Source of the DNA: Ktedonobacterales bacterium
GTDB taxonomy: Bacteria; Chloroflexota; Ktedonobacteria; Ktedonobacterales; JADMIN01
DNA: 32,000 bases
NCBI GenBank assembly: GCA_030167145.1
Contig: CP126532.1
Coordinates: forward strand, 1,410,001 to 1,442,000
Direction: 5' to 3'
Shown here: positions 7,537-17,839 of the stretch, piece after piece
How the letters are laid out: the number at the start of each line of letters is the position of its first letter
How positions within the stretch are numbered: the stretch's first letter is position 1
Notes under the pieces: generated by a model
The model's database searches: none
What the model was told of the DNA's origin: nothing
What the model saw: only the letters and a program-made list of their open reading frames with translations
Position numbers and translations under genes: made by a program

Positions 7537-8454
7537 TTACCAGCCGCCGACGGTGCCCTGGGTGCCCCAGCGCAAGAATTCGGCGAGGAGTTGGGCATTG
7601 GCGTTGTAGACAAACGTGTGCGCGCCCGGCGGCACCTGGCGCCCGTGGGTGATGCGCGCGGCTTTCTCGCGCAACAGATCGGGCATGATGCTGCTCATGT
7701 TGAACATCGTGACGGCGGTAGGGTGCAACTGCACGAGTTCGGCGGGACTGGATGGGAAGACGAGCGGCTGCCGCCGATCTTTGGTGATGTGGCAGGTGAA
7801 GATCAGGCAGTTGCCCTGGCTAGTGCCCTGGCTGCGAATCGCGGCGGCGACCGCCTCAGGATCGCCCTCGCCGTTGTGCTCGGCGTCGGTGATGTTGATG
7901 ACGACGGGCGGAAAGCATTCATGCCGCGCGGCTTGCCCTGGCTCTTGCGGCGGCAGCGGCATGGCGGTATCGAGCCAGCGCTGGATGATGAACTGCGCCT
8001 GCTGCAACGCTTTGGCCATCTGGGTGCGGCCCTCGGCCTTGGGCTGGTCAATCCAGTAGGGCGCGGTGACGATGGCGGTGCGGTAGGTGTTGGCGCCACT
8101 ATCAAAGATGGCGCGCTGCACCTCTTGTGTGCCGACGAAGTGCTGCGAGAGGTAGCGAATATCCAGCGGTTCTCCCGGAGGGCCTCCGGGGCGGTTGAGA
8201 ACCGACATAACCGAATCGTTGTAGCCGAAGACGCTGATATAGGCGAGCTTCTTGACCTGATTGCTGTCGTCCACGCCCGCCGCGTCACACATCGTGGCGA
8301 TCAGCTCGTTGACGGCGGCGGTGGCGTAGTCGGCTTTGGTGAGCTGCTCGCCTTCCACCTGCTCGCTCATCGAGCCAGATTGATCGAGCAGCACGACGAA
8401 CAAGCCCGGACGCTGCCGGGTGAGCCGCTCAGTGTAGTATGCGCGAGTTTCCAT
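7537..8454 (-). CDS. von Willebrand factor A (vWA) domain protein with intact MIDAS (TerY-like)
   Basis: The track ORF starts at 8481, but AAGGGGGGA precedes ATG 8454 (METRAYY...). MIDAS residues are VVLLDQSGSMS (DxSxS), EGRTQMAKAL (Thr) and VVINITDAEHNG (Asp). No TM segment or other domain is visible. Confidence 0.9.
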   Translation of the reverse strand: METRAYYTERLTRQRPGLFVVLLDQSGSMSEQVEGEQLTKADYATAAVNELIATMCDAAGVDDSNQVKKLAYISVFGYNDSVMSVLNRPGGPPGEPLDIRYLSQHFVGTQEVQRAIFDSGANTYRTAIVTAPYWIDQPKAEGRTQMAKALQQAQFIIQRWLDTAMPLPPQEPGQAARHECFPPVVINITDAEHNGEGDPEAVAAAIRSQGTSQGNCLIFTCHITKDRRQPLVFPSSPAELVQLHPTAVTMFNMSSIMPDLLREKAARITHGRQVPPGAHTFVYNANAQLLAEFLRWGTQGTVGGW

Positions 8455-8523
8455 CAGTGCAATCCCCCCTTGGTGAACCATGTCAATGTTGAGCGGGCGC
8501 GAAATAATGCCAAATAATGCCGG

Positions 8524-9201
8524 TTAGCTCATATTGGGCGCAACATCAATGCGCCGGGCGAAGAAGAAGGCGATGGATGCGGTCACGCCGAAGGTGAGCA
8601 GGGTGGTGGTCGGGAAAATAGCGAAGATGTCGCCGGGGCCGGGGTGCATCGGCAGCAGCGAATCGGAATTGACGAAGGAGCAGAGGATATTCCCCGCGAT
8701 AATGCCCAGGATGCCGCCCAGTGTGCAGAGGATCAGCGACTCGCCGACGAGCATGCCGATGACTTCCTCCTGGTGATCGCCACCCTGGCGCTCGATGCCG
8801 ATGGCGCGGCGGCGCTGGCTGGTGTTGACCCACGTGACGATGCCCACCAGCGCGGCGGTAAAGCCGATAGCCAGCTTGGTGAGCAGGCTGCGCGTGGAAT
8901 CTAGCACTGACTGAATCTCATGGATGTCCACGCCCGATTGAATCAACAACTGCGCCTGCCCCGGCCTGTTGGTCTTGAGCAAACCGTCGATCTTGGTCTG
9001 AATGCCATTGCTGGCGGCGATGATGGCAATGGCGATGCACACCCCGACGAGAACGGCGATGACGATGGAAGCCGCGCGCCAGGGCTGATCTTTGATGTTG
9101 CGCAGGATGCGGTAGAGCCAGAAGCCAACCGTGCGCTGCTGCCGCGTTTTGATGGCGCGCTTGGCCGGACCGCGTGAAGGAGATGCGCTATAGGGTTGCA
9201 T
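8524..9201 (-). CDS. FtsX/MacB-type ABC permease, minimal 4-TM form with a very short extracytoplasmic loop
   Basis: 225 aa. TM1 is AASIVIAVLVGVCIAIAIIAA, followed by a ~45-aa loop. The FtsX-domain signature is SQRRRAIGIERQGGDHQEEVIGMLVGESLILCTLGGILGIIAG, and a final TM helix follows. Confidence 0.85.
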   Translation of the reverse strand: MQPYSASPSRGPAKRAIKTRQQRTVGFWLYRILRNIKDQPWRAASIVIAVLVGVCIAIAIIAASNGIQTKIDGLLKTNRPGQAQLLIQSGVDIHEIQSVLDSTRSLLTKLAIGFTAALVGIVTWVNTSQRRRAIGIERQGGDHQEEVIGMLVGESLILCTLGGILGIIAGNILCSFVNSDSLLPMHPGPGDIFAIFPTTTLLTFGVTASIAFFFARRIDVAPNMS

Positions 9202-9266
9202 AGGAGATGGCCTTTGCTGATCCGTTTCTGTCGTTCAATGCGTGCGCATGTGGGATGCGCGGCCCC

Positions 9267-10307
9267 TCATGGCTGCTGGGCGGGTCCGCGTACCAGCGGC
9301 GAGTAGCGCAGGTCGCTCTTGATATGCCCGTTTTCCAGCAGGATGACGCGGTGAAAGCGATCCATCAGATTTGGCTGGTGCGCGATCACCACCACCGTGT
9401 ACCCCTCCGCCGCGAGATCCTGAAAGAGATCTACCGTGTTGATCCGCGATTCCTCGTCCAGCGCGGGGAGAATCTCGTCGCTGAGGCAGATGGGGCGCTC
9501 GGCGGCATAGGCTTTGCCAATCGCCACACGTGCCCACTCACCACCAGAGAGCGTTTTGATGGTCGCTTCGAAACGCTCACGGAGGAGGCGCGCCTTAGTC
9601 AGCCCCACTTCAGCCCGGCGGGCGCCTTCATCCAGTGGGATACCCTCGAAATCATAGAGCAGGCGACGGATGCACTCGACCGGCGTGAGAATGTCTATCA
9701 GCCCCAGCCCTTTCTGAGGAATATAGGTGATGCCGCCGCCGCGCAGATCGTCACGCGCATGCGCTGAGAGCGCGCCGACATTGCGATCCAGGATGTGCAA
9801 CTGTCCGCGCTCAATCTCGGTTTCGAGCGCGAGCATGCGGATGAGGGTGGATTTTCCCGATCCACTGGGGCCACCGATGTAGGTCAACTCACCGGGATAG
9901 ATCCGCAGATCAGGAATAGAGAGGGTGAAGCCCGTTTTCTCAAAGTGCGAATAGAGTCCCTGGATGACGATAGTGGGCGTCTCACGTGGAGGTGTGTAGG
10001 GAACTGGCTTGACGTTTGTTCCCGCCACTACGTATCCGCCCAATTGTTGTCCCGGTCCAGTCGGAGGCATAGAGCGCCATAGTGGTACGGGAGGCTGAAT
10101 TGGGACCGGCCCAGGTCCAGTCGGAGTGAGCCTCGATCCGCCGACGGGTTTGGGCAACGGTGGCGGCGGAGGCGCGCCCCATGGCGGTGCGGCTGGCGGC
10201 TGTTGCGCGGGGTATATATTCTGCATCGGCTTGCCCAGAGGTTTTGAGAGCGGTGGTCCATTGGGATGCTGATTGTTGGGATCGTGGGCCATGTCGCTGC
10301 CTCTCAT
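9267..10307 (-). CDS. ABC transporter ATP-binding protein (FtsE/MacB/LolD-like) with ~110-aa Pro-rich N-terminal extension
   Basis: Walker A GGPSGSGKST, signature LSGGEWARV, Walker B ICLSDE, H-loop VVVIAHQ. The N-terminus is low complexity (PPAAPPWGAPPPPPLPKP...). The start may be ATG 10292 (MAHDPNN), which is preceded by GAGAGG. Confidence 0.9.
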   Translation of the reverse strand: MRGSDMAHDPNNQHPNGPPLSKPLGKPMQNIYPAQQPPAAPPWGAPPPPPLPKPVGGSRLTPTGPGPVPIQPPVPLWRSMPPTGPGQQLGGYVVAGTNVKPVPYTPPRETPTIVIQGLYSHFEKTGFTLSIPDLRIYPGELTYIGGPSGSGKSTLIRMLALETEIERGQLHILDRNVGALSAHARDDLRGGGITYIPQKGLGLIDILTPVECIRRLLYDFEGIPLDEGARRAEVGLTKARLLRERFEATIKTLSGGEWARVAIGKAYAAERPICLSDEILPALDEESRINTVDLFQDLAAEGYTVVVIAHQPNLMDRFHRVILLENGHIKSDLRYSPLVRGPAQQP

Positions 10308-10514
10308 ACAAAGAAACAGTGCTATTCGCAGTGGCGCGAATGTCTCACGCGCGCTGTGTAGCGTCTGCCGGAAGAGTTCACCAAGCGCAGTCTACACTAC
10401 AATGGTTGGGCTTGTCTAGTAGCACTGCATCGTGGCTTGAAATTGGGCGCGAGTGGCACGGCGAGCGGCACGTGTTGCAATCTATTCAGCGAGTACGCTG
10501 CAACGCGAACACAC

Positions 10515-10542
10515 TTGCGCTTGCCTCCTCTCATGCTACACT
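10515..10542 (+). promoter_or_regulatory. Candidate sigma-70-type promoter for the ornithine cyclodeaminase gene
   Basis: TTGCGC (10515..10520), a 16-nt spacer, then TACACT (10537..10542), about 70 nt upstream of ATG 10615. The same hexamer pair recurs at 17597..17625. This is pattern-based only. Confidence 0.3.
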
Positions 10543-10614
10543 AACTCTAACGAAGTTCCGTGCAGAAGTAACACATCGCGAGGTGAAACGCGCGATAGTC
10601 CAAAGGGGGCGCCT

Positions 10615-11604
10615 ATGCTGATTCTGACGAGCGCTGATCTGCGGCGAGCCATCTCGATGGCAGAGGCGATAGCAGTGACCACGGATGCTTTCGCGCAGCT
10701 TTCCAGCGGGCAGGCACGGATGCCGCTGCGCCCGCGCGTGGAGATGACCGAGCATGACGGTGTGTTGCTGCTGATGCCCGCCTATCTCGCGGGTAGCGGT
10801 GCGCTGGGCCTGAAGGCGCTCACCCTCTACCCCCAGAATCCCGCGCGGCATGGGTTGCCCGCAATCGCGGCGGTGGTGCTGCTCTTCGCGAGCGAGACCG
10901 GCCGCCCGCTGGCGCTGCTGGATGCTGGCGAACTGACGGCGCTGCGCACCGGCGCGGCCTCTGGCGTAGCGACGCAACTGCTAGCGCGAGACGATGCCCG
11001 CACGCTGGCGATCTTCGGCGCTGGCGCGCAGGCGCTACCGCAGGTGTGGGCCGTGTGTGTCACGCGCAACATTGAGCATGTCGTTGTCATCAATCGCACG
11101 CATGAGCATGCTGAGCGGCTCGCGGCGGCGCTACGCGCTTTCGGGCCGCCGGTGCCGGGCGATGTGCGGGTCGCTGCCAGCGTCGCCGACGCGTTGCGCG
11201 ATGCCGATGTCATCTGCTGCGCGACCGCATCACCCACGCCGCTCTTTGCCGATGCGGATCTCAAGCCGGGGACGCATATCAACGCCGTCGGCGCGTACCT
11301 TCCGGCGATGCGCGAGGTTCCCGGCGCGACAGTGGCGCGTGCGCGCGTGGTGGTGGATGCGCGCGACGCGGCAGGCGCCGAGGCGGGCGAGTTGGTCATG
11401 GCGCGCGAGGAAGGATTGATCGGCGCGGAGTATCCCGTGGCAGAGTTGGGCGAAGTCGCGCTTGGCCGGATGGCGGGCAGGCTGGATCCAGCTCAGATCA
11501 CGCTCTTCAAGTCGGTGGGCGTGGCCGCGCAAGACATCGCCGTGGCCCAGGTCGCCTACGCGCGAGCGCGTGAGTTGGGCCTGGGCACGGAGGCAGCTTT
11601 TTGA
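10615..11604 (+). CDS. Ornithine cyclodeaminase / mu-crystallin family protein
   Basis: The track ORF starts at 10453, but AAAGGGGG precedes ATG 10615 (MLILTSADLRRAISMAEAI...). Family features include LKALTLYPQNP, LTALRTGAASG, the Rossmann motif LAIFGAGAQA, and THINAVGAY. Confidence 0.9.
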   Translation: MLILTSADLRRAISMAEAIAVTTDAFAQLSSGQARMPLRPRVEMTEHDGVLLLMPAYLAGSGALGLKALTLYPQNPARHGLPAIAAVVLLFASETGRPLALLDAGELTALRTGAASGVATQLLARDDARTLAIFGAGAQALPQVWAVCVTRNIEHVVVINRTHEHAERLAAALRAFGPPVPGDVRVAASVADALRDADVICCATASPTPLFADADLKPGTHINAVGAYLPAMREVPGATVARARVVVDARDAAGAEAGELVMAREEGLIGAEYPVAELGEVALGRMAGRLDPAQITLFKSVGVAAQDIAVAQVAYARARELGLGTEAAF

Positions 11605-11622
11605 TACTAAGGTAGTCCGGTG

Positions 11623-12474
11623 TTAGTCCAGACCGGCGAAGATATCCGTTTCGGGGGTCGGGTAGGCACGGTCGGAGATGGGCGGCGGCACGAGTTGCAA
11701 CACCTCCGCGCCCATCATCGCGCGCAACTGCTCCGGCGGCATCTTCGCCCAGGGGCTGTCCTTGGGCAACTGCGTCGCGTGCTGGCTAAGCGCAGTGTAC
11801 TTCGCCGCGAACTCGTCGTCGGTTAGACGAATCCAGGTGGTGATGTCGCGCTCTGGTGTGCCCATCTCTTCGATGGGAAGCGTCGCCTCATCGCCGCCAG
11901 GAATGAAATCCTGGCCAGCGGCGCGCGCTTCGTCGCGCATCTTCAGGATGCGTTCGCGGGGCATCGCACCGTAGTAGACTTTGCGCGGGCGGTGTGGCCG
12001 CAAGCCATCGCGAATCTGCTCTGGATAGCGCACCGGGTCGGCGGCAGCGGCGAGCGCCGCCAGCGTCAGGCGGTGGATCGCCATGTGGTCTACGTGGCCA
12101 TAGCCGCCGTTGGGCGCAAAGGTGATCACCACATCGGGACGGAAGCGACGCAAATGATAGACGATGCGCCCGGTGGCCTCATCAACATCAGCCTCGGCCA
12201 CGTGGCCGTCAATATAGTCGAGGAACGAGACATCGGTGACGCCGACGGCGGCGCAGGCCCGGCGTAGCTCTTGCTCGCGCACCTGGCCCAGGTTCTCTGG
12301 CGTAGCCAGCGCGGGATCGGCGATCTGTCCCTCTTCGCCACGGGTGGCGCAGACCACCGCCACGGGATGCCCAGCGCTGGTCGCGCGGCGCATCAGGCCC
12401 GCCGTGCCAAAGGCTTCGTCGTCGGGGTGCGCCCAGATGCCCATCAATCGAAGCGTCGCCGCTGCCGCTGTCAT
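11623..12474 (-). CDS. PIG-L/LmbE-family deacetylase, MshB/Mca-like
   Basis: GAGGAG RBS precedes ATG 12474 (MTAAAATLRLMGIWAHPDDEAFG...). It has the zinc motifs AHPDDE and GGYGHVDH. The size (~283 aa) and the C-terminal ETDIFAGL tail resemble MshB/Mca-type enzymes as I remember them. Confidence 0.85.
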   Translation of the reverse strand: MTAAAATLRLMGIWAHPDDEAFGTAGLMRRATSAGHPVAVVCATRGEEGQIADPALATPENLGQVREQELRRACAAVGVTDVSFLDYIDGHVAEADVDEATGRIVYHLRRFRPDVVITFAPNGGYGHVDHMAIHRLTLAALAAAADPVRYPEQIRDGLRPHRPRKVYYGAMPRERILKMRDEARAAGQDFIPGGDEATLPIEEMGTPERDITTWIRLTDDEFAAKYTALSQHATQLPKDSPWAKMPPEQLRAMMGAEVLQLVPPPISDRAYPTPETDIFAGLD

Positions 12475-12608
12475 CGCGTTGCTCCTCACTGAAAAGTCTA
12501 CGCCGCCGGTTGGTGGCGGAATGGTCAATGCTATCCAGAAGGAAGTGTACCCGATGCGGTCCAGGTTGGGCTACCGACACATGGCAGAGCAAGCATTGAC
12601 GGCCGCCT

Positions 12609-13124
12609 CTACGACCCCCAGATGGTAGGCAAATGATATCCGCCCATGCCGACGGCCAGTTCGCCGCCGTGGTGCATATCGTGCCTGAGCACGTGCCAGA
12701 TGATCTCTTGTCGTGTGCTCGGGCCGAATATCTGGCGTTCCCTTTCGGTCAACGCGGCGGGTGGGGCAAATACGTGTCCGAGGTCGGCGACGGTCCAGCG
12801 GGCGAGAGCATTCTCGATCATACCCCACGTGGCCTCAAGTCCAGCGACCAGTTCGGCTGTCGAATGCGCCACCTGCCCTGTCTCCTCTTCCTCCCAGTGC
12901 ATGAAGGAAGCAGCTTCTGGACTTCCCTCACCCATCCACAGATTGAACCACCAGATCCGGTCGTTGAGGATGTGCTGGACGAGCATTCCAATCGGCCAGT
13001 GCGTAGAGGCCACGGGCAACGCCAGTTGCTCGGAAGAAAGCGGCGCGACAGCCCGGAGCAGGTCGCGTTGAAATCTGTCCCAGCCTTGAAAGACGGCAGT
13101 AAGCGGAAGCGCGGACTCTGACAT
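12609..13124 (-). CDS. DinB-family (DinB/YfiT-like four-helix-bundle) protein
   Basis: GGAGGAA RBS precedes ATG 13124 (MSESALPL...). His-triad-like residues are HWPIGMLVQHI and HVLRHDMHHGGEL. Confidence 0.8.
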   Translation of the reverse strand: MSESALPLTAVFQGWDRFQRDLLRAVAPLSSEQLALPVASTHWPIGMLVQHILNDRIWWFNLWMGEGSPEAASFMHWEEEETGQVAHSTAELVAGLEATWGMIENALARWTVADLGHVFAPPAALTERERQIFGPSTRQEIIWHVLRHDMHHGGELAVGMGGYHLPTIWGS

Positions 13125-13400
13125 AGGTATGCATTCCTCCGTAAACAAGCGATCCGCCGATGTGACGGTTCCTTCGTGACTTCTTGCTTGGCCTCTGAAA
13201 AGCGGAAAGCCTGTTCGGATTTCTCATAGGCTGGCAATTGGGGGAAGTATCAGAAATCTGCTCTCGCTTCTCGTAATAGGGCGCGCATACTGGTAAGAAG
13301 TTGCCAGCATGCGCAAGACGAGTAACCGCGAGTAGGCGTGTACTCACATTCCGTCGCATGCGGAATCGTGATGCTGTGGCTTTGCAAGGAGATCATTCCC

Positions 13401-13885
13401 ATGACCACCGGACTTCCTGACCTCTATCGGTATAACCGCTGGGCAAATCTGCGATTGCTCGACGCCTGCGCGGAACTATCAGACGCACAACTGGACACTA
13501 CCACGAAAGGCGTGTACGGAAGTGTGCGCGAGATCCTGCTGCACCTGTTCGCTGGCGAAGAAGGCTATGTGCGGCATTTTACGGGAACATCCCCTGCCCC
13601 GCGACTGAGGGAACTCACCGATTTTCCGGGCTTGGACGAACTGCGACGGCGAGCGGAGTGGTCGGGAACAGAACTGATCACCATCGCCGAACAGGGTGAT
13701 CTGAGCCAGATCTTCTCTCTGGATGAGGGAACGTATGAGGCTCCGGCGATGATCGTGCTGATCCAGGCAATCAACCACGCCATTGATCATCGGTCGCAGA
13801 TTGCCACATTGTTGAGCCAGCAGGATATCGAGCCACCAGAACTCGATGGCTGGTCCTATAACGATGCGCTGCGCGAGCGAGCGGG

Positions 13886-13889
<4 letters not shown>
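13401..13889 (+). CDS. DinB-family (DinB_2-like) protein
   Basis: AAGGAG (13386..13391) precedes ATG 13401 (MTTGLPDLYRYNRWANLRLLDA...). Typical motifs are YNRWAN, ILLHLF and INHAIDHRSQI. Confidence 0.85.
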
Positions 13890-16674
<2,785 letters not shown>

Positions 16675-16675
<1 letters not shown>

Positions 16676-17232
16676 TAGACTTCTCTCCTGGACGGAGTAT
16701 GAATAGGCTGCTTGCCAGCCTGGGTCTGTCCGGGGTCGCTCTCCGGTTCATTTGTGGAGGCGGCGTCGCCCGCATCATCTGGGCGCTTCACGGCCACTTT
16801 GGGCAGAGCGATGCGCAGGAAGCCATTTTCATAGGTAGCGGTGATGTCTTCCGCGTGGACCGGGGCGGGCAGCATGATCTCAGCGCGGAAGACACCATAA
16901 TGCACCTGCGCCTCGTGGTAGCAGAGCGCATCGTCGTGGTCGGGATCATCACGGCGCCCGGTGACGATCAGCGCGTTGTCATACAGCGTGATCTCCAGGT
17001 GCTCTTCGCGCACGCCCGCAAGCTCCAGCTTGACCACCACGGCCCCGTTGGTCTCGTGAATATCCGTCGGCGGACGCCAGACCGACGCAGGCTGGAGCAG
17101 CCCGTAGTGCCGCCCCTGGCGCAGCAGTTCATCTTGCAGTTCGCGATAGTGCCGTTCGAGGCTCTGGCTGGCGCTGGCGCTCGCGTTGCCAAAAGAATAG
17201 CTGCTGGTGACGTACCGAAATCGCATAGTCAT
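16675..17232 (-). CDS. Hsp20/alpha-crystallin family small heat-shock protein
   Basis: GAGGAG RBS precedes ATG 17232. The alpha-crystallin domain reads WRPPTDIHETNGAVVVKLELAGV..EHLEITLYDNALIVTGRR ... YGVFRAEIMLPAPV..EDITATYENGFLRIALPK. Confidence 0.9.
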
Positions 17233-17264
17233 GTCTTGTGCTCCTCACTGCCCGCCCGTTGGCA

Positions 17265-17474
17265 TCACGCCAGCGTTGTGGGCAGATCCTTCTCGCCTGC
17301 CGCCAGCGCCTCCTGGCAGTCTTTGCAGAGATACGCGAACTCTGAGCGATCTTCCAGCGCGTCACCCGGCATCAGGCTCGCGTCCTGCCTCGGCGTCACC
17401 TGACCACAGCGCGAGCAGGTTACGTATTCGATGTGACTGATAGTGCGTTGGGTGCCGATCACGTCTTCTTGCAT
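17265..17474 (-). CDS. Small zinc-ribbon protein (69 aa), first gene of the Hsp20-Lon operon
   Basis: GGCAGGAGG RBS precedes ATG 17474 (MQEDVIGTQ...). It has two CxxC pairs (CSRCGQ ... CKDCQE). It lies 32 nt upstream of Hsp20 on the same strand. Confidence 0.65.
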   Translation of the reverse strand: MQEDVIGTQRTISHIEYVTCSRCGQVTPRQDASLMPGDALEDRSEFAYLCKDCQEALAAGEKDLPTTLA

Positions 17475-17577
17475 CGCAAACCTCCTGCCGTTCTCATGCT
17501 GTTGATTCTGCCACACGAATCTGTCCGCGGATGGGACTCCTTAATTCTCGCGGCTAGAGCGCACAGATGTGTCACAA

Positions 17578-17606
17578 ATTATGCCACGAAAACCGCTTGC
17601 GCGCAA
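17578..17606 (-). promoter_or_regulatory. Candidate promoter for the zinc-ribbon/Hsp20/Lon operon
   Basis: On the minus strand: TTGCGC (17606..17601), a 17-nt spacer, then CATAAT (17583..17578). The -35 element sits inside the perfect 18-bp palindrome CCGCTTGCGCGCAAGCGG (17593..17610). Confidence 0.4.
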
Positions 17607-17625
17607 GCGGACTCTGATGTACACT
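17597..17625 (+). promoter_or_regulatory. Candidate divergent promoter for the 17840 gene
   Basis: On the plus strand: TTGCGC (17597..17602), a 17-nt spacer, then TACACT (17620..17625). It shares the same palindrome as the minus-strand promoter. If real, it implies a ~200-nt leader. Confidence 0.35.
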
Positions 17626-17839
17626 AGGCCGCAACCCATTGCCGTGCAAACGATATCCGCGCACAAAGCCGGATGTTTACTCCGCAGAAGCGCGTAGATA
17701 CTGGCGTGTGGGCGGACCGTTGTAGGTAGTGGGAAGGAGCGCAACGCGATAGAGATTCGCACACGGTAGTACGTGGAAGCTCCGACTGCATTTTTGGTAG
17801 GGTGGCCGCTTTTCCACCCATTTGAACAAAGGAGATCGT

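Noticed and set aside
7507-8517. 336-aa plus-strand ORF antisense to the vWA gene
   Set aside because: It is a shadow ORF. The minus-strand frame has a complete MIDAS motif set and an RBS.
10310-10614. Promoter for the seven-gene operon (minus strand TAGACA at 10418..10413, 18-nt spacer, TAGACT at 10394..10389) and inverted repeat ATTCGC-N6-GCGAAT at about 10323..10340
   Set aside because: The hexamers are weak matches with non-optimal spacing, and the inverted repeat is short. This is not strong enough to report as a feature without transcript 5'-end data.
17593-17614. Palindrome CCGCTTGCGCGCAAGCGG followed by TTTT (minus strand) as an intrinsic terminator
   Set aside because: No credible minus-strand gene ends upstream of it, and the perfect palindrome leaves almost no loop. 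Overlap with two -35/-10 arrangements fits an operator/promoter role better. Hairpin formation is not excluded.
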